64,000 nt of DNA from the human T2T-CHM13v2.0 reference genome, Homo sapiens: assembly GCF_009914755.1 (NCBI RefSeq), contig NC_060933.1. One strand, 5' to 3'. Within the stretch, counting starts at the first letter, position 1. Each line of letters begins with the position of its first letter. The translations under genes were made by a program, and so were the position numbers. The notes below the pieces were generated by a model that was not told where the DNA came from, searched no databases, and saw only the letters and a program-made list of their open reading frames with translations. Positions 55,001 through 64,000 of the stretch are shown here, piece after piece.

Positions 55001-57540
55001 TCCATTCCATTCCATTCCGGATGATTCTATTCCATTGCATTCCATTCCATTCCATTCCCCTGCACTCGCGTTGATTCCATTCCATTCCATTCCATTCCAT
55101 TCCATTCCATTCCATTCCATTCCTTTCCGTTCCATTCCATTCCATTCCATTCCATTCCAATCCATTCCATTCCGTTCCTTTCCGTTCCATTCCATTCCAT
55201 TCCATTCTATTCGGGTTAATTCCATTCCATTCCATTCGATTGCAATCGAGTTGTTTCCATTCCATTCTATTCCATTCCATTCCATTCCATTCCATTCCTT
55301 TCCATTCCATTCCATTTCGGATGATTCCATTCCATTGCATTCCATTCAATTCCATTCCCCTGTACTCGGGTTGATTCCATTGCATTCCATTCCAATCTAA
55401 GCCATTCCACTCGTGTTGATTCCATTCTTTCCATTCCATTCAAGTTGAATCCATTCCATTGCATTCCATTCCATTCCATTCCCCTGCAGTAGGGTTGATT
55501 CCATTCCATTCCATTCCATTCCATTCCATTCCATTCCATTCCGTTCCGTTCCATTCCATTCCATTCCATTCTATTCGGGTTAATTCCATTCCATTCCATT
55601 CCATTCCATTCCAATCGAGTTGATTCCATTCCATTCCATTCCATTCCATTCCATTCCACTCCATTCCATTCCACTCCATTCCAGTCGTTTCCATTCCATT
55701 CCACTCGGGTTGATTCCATTCCATTCCATTCCATTCCATTCCATTCCATTCCATTCCGGATGATTCCATTCCATTGCATTCCGTTCCATTACATTCCCCT
55801 GCACTCGCGTTGATTCCATTCCATTCCATTCAATTCCATTCCATTACAATTCGTTCCATTCCATTCTATTCCGTACCATTCCATTCCATTCCATACCATT
55901 CCATTCCATTCCATTCCATTCCGTTCCATTCCATTCCATTCCATTCTATTCGGGTTAATTCCATTCCATTCCATTCCATTCCATTCCATTCCATTCTATT
56001 CCATTCCATTGCAATCGAGTTGAATCCATTTCATTCCATGCCATTCCATTCCATTCCATTCCATTCCGGAAGATTCCATTCCATTGCATTCCACTCCATT
56101 CCATTCCCCTGCTCTCGCGTTGATTCCATTCCATTCCATTCCATTCCATTCCATCCATTCCGTTACGTTCCGTTCCATTCCATTCCATTCCATTCCATTC
56201 CATTCCATTCCATTCCGTTCCGTTCCATTCCATTCCATTCCATTCCATTCTATTTGGGTTAATTCCATTCCATTCCATTCGATTGCAATCGAGTTGATTC
56301 CATTCCATTCCATTCCATTCCATTCCATTCCATTCCTTTCCATTCCATTACGGATGATTCCATTCCATTGCATTCCATTCCATTTCATTCCCCTGTACTC
56401 GGGTTGATTCCATTCCATTCCATTCCAATCCATGCCATTCCACTCGTGTTGATTGCATACTTTCCATTCCATTCAAGTTGAATCCATTCCATTGCATTCC
56501 ATTCCATTCGATTCCATTCGATTGCACTCGGGTTGATTCCATTCCATTGCATTCCATTCCATTCCATTCCATTCCATTCCATTCCATTCCGTTCCATTCC
56601 ATTCCATTACATTCGGATTGATTCTATTCAATTCCCTTACACTCCATTACATTCCATTGCATTCGGGTAGTTTCCATTCCATTCCATTCCATTCCTCTCC
56701 ATTCCATTGCACTCGGGTTGATTCCATTCCATTGCATTCCATTCCATTCCATTCATTTCCATTCCGTTCCATTCCATTCCATTACATTTGGATTGATTCT
56801 ATTCAACTCCCTTACTCTCCATTACATTCCATTCCATTCGGGTTGTTCCATTCCATTCCATTCCATTCCATTCCACTCCATTCCATTGCACTCGGGTTTA
56901 TTCCATTCCATTCCATTCCATTCCATTCCATTCCATTCCGGAAGATTCCATTCCATTGCATTCCATTCCATTCCATTCCCCTGCACTCGCGTTGATTCCA
57001 TTCCATTCCATTCCATTCCATTCCATTCCATTCCATTCCATTCCTTTCCGTTCCATTCCATTCCATTCCATTCCATTCCAATCCATTCCATTCCGTTCCG
57101 TTCCGTTCCATTCCATTCCATTCCATTCTATTCGGGTTAATTCCATTCCATTCCATTCGATTGCAATCGAGTTGATTCCATTCCATTCTATTCCATTCCA
57201 TTCCATTCCATTCCATTCCTTTCCATTCCATTCCATTTCGGATGATTCCATTCCATTGCATTCCATTCAATTCCATTCCCCTGTACTCGGGTTGATTCCA
57301 TTGCATTCCATTCCAGTCTATGCCATTCCACTCGTGTTGATTCCATTCTTTCCATTCCATTGAAGATGAATCCATTCCATTGCATTCCATTCCATTCCAT
57401 TCCCCTGCAGTCGGGTTGATTCCATTCCATTCCATTCCATTCCATTCCATTCCATTCCATTCCGTTCCGTTCCATTCCATTCCATTCCATTCTATTCGGG
57501 TTAATTCCATTCCATTCCATTCCATTCCATTCCAATCGAG
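49100..57540 (-). repeat. ~1.8-kb block repeated at ~6573-bp offset (about 49100-50990 and 55750-57540)
   Basis: ORF pairs 49775/56348 and 50045/56618 differ by 6573. The private variant TCCATCCATTCCGTTACGTTCCG is near 49526 and 56150, and ACATTTGGATT is in both copies. Confidence 0.85.
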
Positions 57541-57568
57541 TTGATTCCATTCCATTCCATTCCATTCC

Positions 57569-57583
57569 ATTCCAGAACTTTCC
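57569..57583. promoter_or_regulatory. Single perfect HSE match of different origin, aTTCc-aGAAc-tTTCc
   Basis: ATTCCAGAACTTTCC differs from the common ATTCCAGTCCTTTCC module by two adjacent substitutions. Confidence 0.45.
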
Positions 57584-60529
57584 ATTCCATTCCACTCGGG
57601 TTGATTCCATTCTATTACTTTCCATTCCATTCCATTCCCTTCCATTCCACTCTGGTTGCTACCATTCCTTTCCATTCCACTCGAATACATTCCCTCCTAT
57701 TCCACTCGGAACGATTCCATTCCATTCCATTCCATTTTATTCCATTCCATTCCATTCCATTTCGTTCCATTCCATTCTATTCCGTATCATTCCATTCCAT
57801 TCCATTCCATTCCATTCCATTCCATTCCATTGTACTCAGGTTGATTCAATTCCATTGCATTCCATTCCATTCCATTCCATTCCGTTCCATTCCGTTCCAT
57901 TCCATTCCATTCCATTCTACTCGGATTAATTCCATTCCATTCCTTTCCATTCGATTCCATTCCATTCTATTCCATTCCATTGCAATCGAGTTCAATCCAT
58001 TGCATTCCATTCCATTCCATTCCATTCCATTCCATTCCGGAAGATTCCATTCCATTTCATTCCATTCCATTACATTCCCCTGCACTCGCGTTGATTCCAT
58101 TCCATTCCATTCCATTCCATTCCGTTCCGTTCCATTCCATTCCATTCCATTCCATTCCATTCCGTTCCGTTCCATTCCATTCCATTCCATTCTATTCGGG
58201 TTAATTCCATTCCATTCCATTCGATTGCAATCGAGTTGATTCCATTCCATTCCATTCCATTCCATTCCCCTGTACTCGGGTTGATTCCATTCCATTCCAT
58301 TGCAATCCATGCCATTCCACTCGTGTTGATTCCATTCTTTCCATTCCATTAAAGTTGATTCCATTCCATTGCATTCCATTCCATTACATTTCATTCCATT
58401 CCTTTCCATTCCAATCCATTCCATTCCATTCCATTCCACTCGAGTTGATTTCATTCCATTCCTTTCCATTCCATTCCATTCCTTTCCACTCGAGTTGATT
58501 CCATTCCATTCCATTCCATTGCATTCCATTCCATGCCGTTCCACTCGGGTTGATTCCATTCCATTCCATTCCATTCCATTGCATTGTACTCGGGTTGATT
58601 CCATTCCATTGCATTCCATTCCATTCCATTCCATTCCATTCCGTTGCATTCCATTCCATTACATTCGGATTGATTCTATTCAACTCCCTTACTCTCCATT
58701 ACATTCCATTCCATTCGGGTTGTTCCATTCCATTCCATTCCATTCCACTCCATTCTATTGCACTCGGGTTGATTCCATTCCATTCCATTCAATTCCATTC
58801 CATTCCGGATGATTCCATTCCATTGCATTCCATTCCATTACATTCCCCTGCACTCACGTTGATTCCATTCCATTCCATTCCATTCCATTCAATTCCATTC
58901 CATTACAATTCGTTCCATTCCATTCTATTCCGTACCATTCCATTCCATTCCATACCATTCCATTGCATTCCATTCCATTCCATTCCGTTCCATTCCGTTC
59001 CATTGCATTCCATTGCATTCTATTCGGGTTAATTCCATTCCATTCCATTCCATTCCATTCTATTCCATTCCATTGCAATCGAGTTGAATCCATTGCATTT
59101 CATTCCATTCCATTCCATTCCATTCTATTCCGGAAGATTCCATTCCATTGCAATCCATTCCATTCCATTCCCGTGCACTCGCGTTCATTCCATTCCATTC
59201 CATTCCATTCCATTCCATTCCATTCCGTTCCGTTCCGTTCCGTTCCGTTCCGTTCCATTCCATTCCATTCCATTCCATTCCATTCCATTCCGTTCCGTTC
59301 CATTCCATTCCATTCCATTCTATTCGGTTTAATTCCATTCCATTCCATTCGATTGCAATCGAGTTGATTCCATTCCATTCCATTCCATTCCATTCCATTC
59401 CATTCCTTTCCATTCCATTACGGATTATTTCATTCCATTGCATTCCATTCCATTCCATTCCATTCCCCTGTACTCGGGTTGATTCCATTCCATTCCATTC
59501 CAATCCATGCCATTCCACTCGTGTTGATTCCATTCTTTCCATTCCATTCAAGTTGAATCCATTCCATTGCATTCCATTCCATTCGATTCCATTCGACTGC
59601 ACTCGGGTTGATTCCATTCCATTGCATTCCATTCCATTCCATTCCATTCCATTCCATTCCCTTCCATTACATTCGGATTGATTCTATTCAATTTCCTTAC
59701 ACTCCAATACATTCCATTCCATTCGGGTAGTTTCCATTCCATTCCATTCCTCTCCATTCCATTGCACTCGGGTTGATTCCATTCCATTGCATTCCATTCC
59801 ATTCCATTCAATTCCATTCCGTTCCATTCCATTCCATTACATTCGGATTGATTCTATTCAACTCCCTTACTCTCCATTACATTACATTCCATTCGGGTTG
59901 TTCCATTCCATTCCATTCCATTCCACTCCATTCCATTGCACTCGGGTTTATTCCATTCAATTCCATTCCATTCCATTTCATTCCATTCCGGAAGATTCCA
60001 TTCCATTGCATTCCATTGCATTCCATTCCCCTGCAGTCGCGTTGATTCCATTCCATTCCATTCCATTCCATTCCATTCCATTCCATTCCATTCCATTCCA
60101 TTCCTTTCCGTTCCATTCCATTCCATTCCATTCCATTCCGTTCCGTTCCGTTCCGTTCCGTTCCATTCCATTCCATTCCATTCTATTCGGGTTAATTCCA
60201 TTCCATTCCATTCGATTGCAATCGAGTTGATTCCATTCCATTCCTTTCCATTCCATTCCATTCCTTTCCATTCCATTACGGATGATTCCATTCCATTGCA
60301 TTCCATTCCAATCCTTTCCCCTGTACTCGGGTTGATTCCATTCCATTCCATTCCAATCCATGCCATTCCACTCGTGTTGATTCCATTCTTTCCATTCCAT
60401 TCAAGTTGAATCCATTCCATTGCTTTCCATTCCATTCCATTCCCCTGCAGTCGGGTTGATTCCATTCCATTGCATTCCATTCCATTCCATTTCATTCCGT
60501 TCCGTTCCGTTCCGTTCCATTCCATTCCA

Positions 60530-63500
60530 TTCCATTCTATTCGGGTTAATTCCATTCCATTCCATTCCATTCCAATCGAGTTGATTCTATTCCATTCCAT
60601 TCCATTCCATTCCAGTCCATTCCAGTCCTTTCCATTCCATTCCACTCGGGTTGATTCCAATGTATTCCTTTCCATTCCATTCCATTCCATTGCAATCGAG
60701 TTGATTCCATTGCTTTGCATTCCATTCCATTGCATTCCATTCCGGATGATTCCATTCCATTGCATTCCATTCCATTCCATTCCCCTGCACTCGGGTTGAT
60801 TCCATTCCATTCCACTCCATTCCGTTCCATTCCATTCCATTCCATTGTATTCGGGTTAATTCCATTCCATTCCAGTCCATTCCATTCCATTCCATTCCAT
60901 TACAATCGAGTTGATTCCATTCCATTCCATTCCATTCCATTCCAGTCTTTTCCATTCCATTCCAGTCGGGTTGATTCCATTCTATTAGTTTCCATTCCAT
61001 TCCATTCCCTTCCATTCCACTCTGCTGATTCCATTCCTTTCCATTCCACTCGAATACATTCCCTCCTATTCCACTCGGAACGATTCCATTCCATTCCATT
61101 CCATTCCATTCCATTCCATTCCATTTCGTTCCTTTCCATTCTATTCCGTATCATTCCATTCCATTCCATTCCATTCCATTCCATTCCATTCCATTCCATT
61201 CCATTTCACTCGTGTTGATTCCATTCCTTTCCATTCCATTAGGTTTGAAGGCATTCCATTCCATTCCATTCCATTCCATTCCATTCCATTCCATTCCATT
61301 GTACTCGGGTTGATTCCATTCCATTGCATTCCATTCCATTCCATTCCGGATGATTCCATTCCATTGCATTCCATTCCATTCCATTCCCCTGCACTCGGGT
61401 TGATTCCATTCCATTCCATTCCATTACATTCCGTTCCATTCCATTCCATTCCATTCGGATTGATTCTATTCAATTCCCTTACACTCCATTACATTCCATT
61501 CCATTCGGGTAGTTTCCATTCCATTCCATTCCATTCCTCTCCATTCCATTGCACTCGGGTTGATACCATTCCATTCCATTCCATTCCATTCCATTCCATT
61601 CCATTCCATTCCATTCCATTCCGTTCCATTTTACTCGGGTTGATTCCATTCCATTGCATTCCATTCCATTCCATTCCATTCCATTCCATTCCGTTCCATT
61701 CCATTCCGTTCCATTCCATTACATTCGGATTGATTCTATTCAACTCCCTTACTCTCCATTACATTCCATTCCATTCGGGTTGTTCCATTCCATTCCATTC
61801 CATTCCACTCCATTCCATTGCACTCGGTTTGATTCCATTCCATTCCATTCCATTCCATTCCATTCCATTCCATTCCGGATGATTCCATTCCATTGCATTC
61901 CGTTCCATTACATTCCCCTGCACTCGGGTTGATTCCATTCCATTCCATTCCATTCCATTCGATTCCATTCCATTCCAATTCATTCCATTCCATTCTATTC
62001 CGTACCATTCCATTCCATTCCATACAATTCCATTCCATTCCATTCCACTCCATTCCGTTCCGTTCAGTTCCGTTCCGTTCCGTTGCATTCCATTCCATTC
62101 CATTCTATTCGGTTTAATTCCATTCCATTCCATTCCATTCCATTCCATTCTATTCCATTCCATTGCAATCGAGTTGAATCCATTGCATTCCATTCCATTC
62201 CATTCCATTCCATTCTATTATACTCGGGTTGATTCCATTCCATTGCATTCCATTCCATTCCATTCCATTCCATTCCGTTCCATTCCATTCCATTACATTC
62301 GGATTGATTCTTTTCAACTCCCTTACTCTCCATTACATTCCATTCCATTCGGGTTGTTCCATTCCATTCCATTCCATTCCACTCCATTCCATTGCACTCG
62401 GGTTGATTCCATTCCATTCCATTCCATTCCATTCGGGATGATTCCTTTCCATTGCATTCCGTTCCATTACATTCCACTGCACTCGGGTTGATTCCATTCC
62501 ATTCCATTCCATTCCATTCGATTCCATTCCATTCTCCTGCACTCGCGTTGATTCCATTCCATTCCATTCCATTCCGTTCCATTCCATTCCATTCCATTCT
62601 ATTCGGGTTAATTCCATTCCATTCCATTCCATTCCAATCGATTTGATTCCATTCCATTCCATTCCATTCCATTCCATTCCACTCCATTCCAGTCCTTTCC
62701 ATTCCATTAAACTCGGGTTGACTCCATTCTATTCCTTTCCATTCCATTCCATTCCATTGCAATCGAGTTGATTCCATTGCTTTGCATTCCATTCCATTCC
62801 ATTCCATTCCGGATGTTTCCATTCCGTTGCATTCCATTCCATTCCATTCCCCTGCACTCGGGTTGATTCCATTCCATTCCACTCCATTCCGTTCCATTCC
62901 ATTCCATTCCATTGTATTCGGGTTAATTCCATTCCACTCCAGTCCATTCCATTCCATTCCATTCCATTACAATCGAGTTGATTCCATTCCATTCCATTCC
63001 ATTCCATTCCAGTCCTTTCCATTCCATTCCACTCGGGTTGATTCCATTCTATTAGTTTCCATTCCATTCCATTCCCTTCCATTCCACTCTGCTGATTCCA
63101 TTCCTTTCCATTCCACTCGAATACATTCCCTCCTATTCCACTCGGAACGATTCCATTCCATTCCATTCCATTCCATTCCATTCCATTTCGTTCCATTCCA
63201 TTCTATTCCGTATCATTCCATTCCATTCCATTCCATTCCATTCCATTCCAGTCCATTCCACTCCATTCCATTCCATTCCATTCCATTCCATTCCACTCGT
63301 GTTGATTCCATTCCTTTCCATTCCATTAGGTTTGAAGGCATTCCATTCCATTCCATTCCATTCCATTCCATTCCATTCCATTCCATAGTACTCGGGTTGA
63401 TTCCATTCCATTGCATTCCATTCCATTCCATTCCGGATGACTCCATTCCATTGCATTCCATTCCATTCCATTACGCTGCACTCGGGTTGATTCCATTCCA

Positions 63501-63660
63501 TTCCATTCCATTACACTCCGTTCCATTCCATTCCATTCCATTCGGATTGATTCTATTCAATTCCCTTACACTCCATTACATTCCATTCCATTTGGGTAGT
63601 TTCCATTCCATTCCATTCCATTCCTCTCCATTCCATTGCACTCGGGTTGATTCCATTCCA
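60530..63660 (-). repeat. ~1.05-kb block repeated at ~2.07-kb offset (about 60530-61570 and 62600-63660)
   Basis: The private deletion variant CACTCTGCTGATT (about 61018 and 63085) and ATTAGGTTTGAAGGC (about 61238 and 63325) occur in both copies. The ORF pair 60715/62782 differs by 2067. Confidence 0.85.
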
Positions 63661-64000
63661 TTCCATTCCATTCCATTCCATTCCGGATGATTCCATTCCA
63701 TTGCATTCCGTTCCATTACATTCCCCTGCACTCGCGTTGATTCCATTCCATTCCATTCCATTCCATTGAATTCCATTCCATTTCAATTCCTTCCTTTCCA
63801 TTCTATTCCGTACCATTCCATTCCATTCCATACCATTCCATTGCATTCCATTCCATTCCATTCCATTCCATTCCACTCCATTCCAGTCCTTTCCATTCCA
63901 TTCCAATCAGGTTGATTCCATGCTATTCCTTTCCATTCCATTCCTTTCCATTGCAATCGAGTTGATTCCATTGGTTTGCATTCCATTCCATTCCATTCCA

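Larger units (their letters stand above)
37568..64000 (-). repeat. Satellite III (HSat3) array, inverted orientation ((CATTC)n on +)
   Basis: Continuous ATTCC pentamers with ACTCGGGTTG, ACTCGCGTTG and AATCGAGTTG. These are the reverse complements of the left-arm modules, so the arms belong to the same subfamily. Confidence 0.98.

Noticed and set aside
1-64000. CRISPR-like repeat/spacer appearance
   Set aside because: The interruptions are a small recurring set of pentamer-derived variants, not unique spacers. There is no constant repeat length and no cas gene.
1-64000. HSat2, alpha satellite or DYZ1 assignment
   Set aside because: The array lacks HSat2-type CATTCGATTC-dominated units, 171-bp monomers and CENP-B boxes. 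It has long pure GGAAT runs and no array-wide ~3.6-kb period; the ~3547 and ~3614 offsets are isolated.
1-64000. Transposable element or other insertion
   Set aside because: I saw no non-satellite stretch, poly(A) tail or target-site duplication.

Overview
The whole 64 kb window is primate (human-like) Satellite III (HSat3). It is a (GGAAT)n/(CATTC)n pentamer array punctuated by CAACCCGAGT-type decamers and a small, fixed set of variant modules, and it resembles the pHuR98/9q12-type Sat III. I see no credible gene, RNA gene, transposon or CRISPR array; the ORF track is an artefact of the stop-free pentamer (MEWNG/IPFHS). The main structure is as follows. (1) There is one strand switch at 37567/37568, centred on an 18-bp perfect palindrome, with the G-rich strands of the two arms pointing toward each other. 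(2) A near-identical 11.2-kb tandem duplication (about 7365-29776) contains nested 1753-bp, ~1.2-kb, 174-bp and 60-bp duplications. (3) The right arm carries further 2.0-6.6 kb-spaced duplications. (4) A recurrent variant, GGAATCTTCC(G/A)GAAT, forms a perfect canonical heat-shock element (nGAAnnTTCnnGAAn) about 34 times by manual count, and one more perfect HSE of different origin sits at 57569. All counts and offsets were read by eye or taken from ORF-track coordinates, not from a computed alignment.
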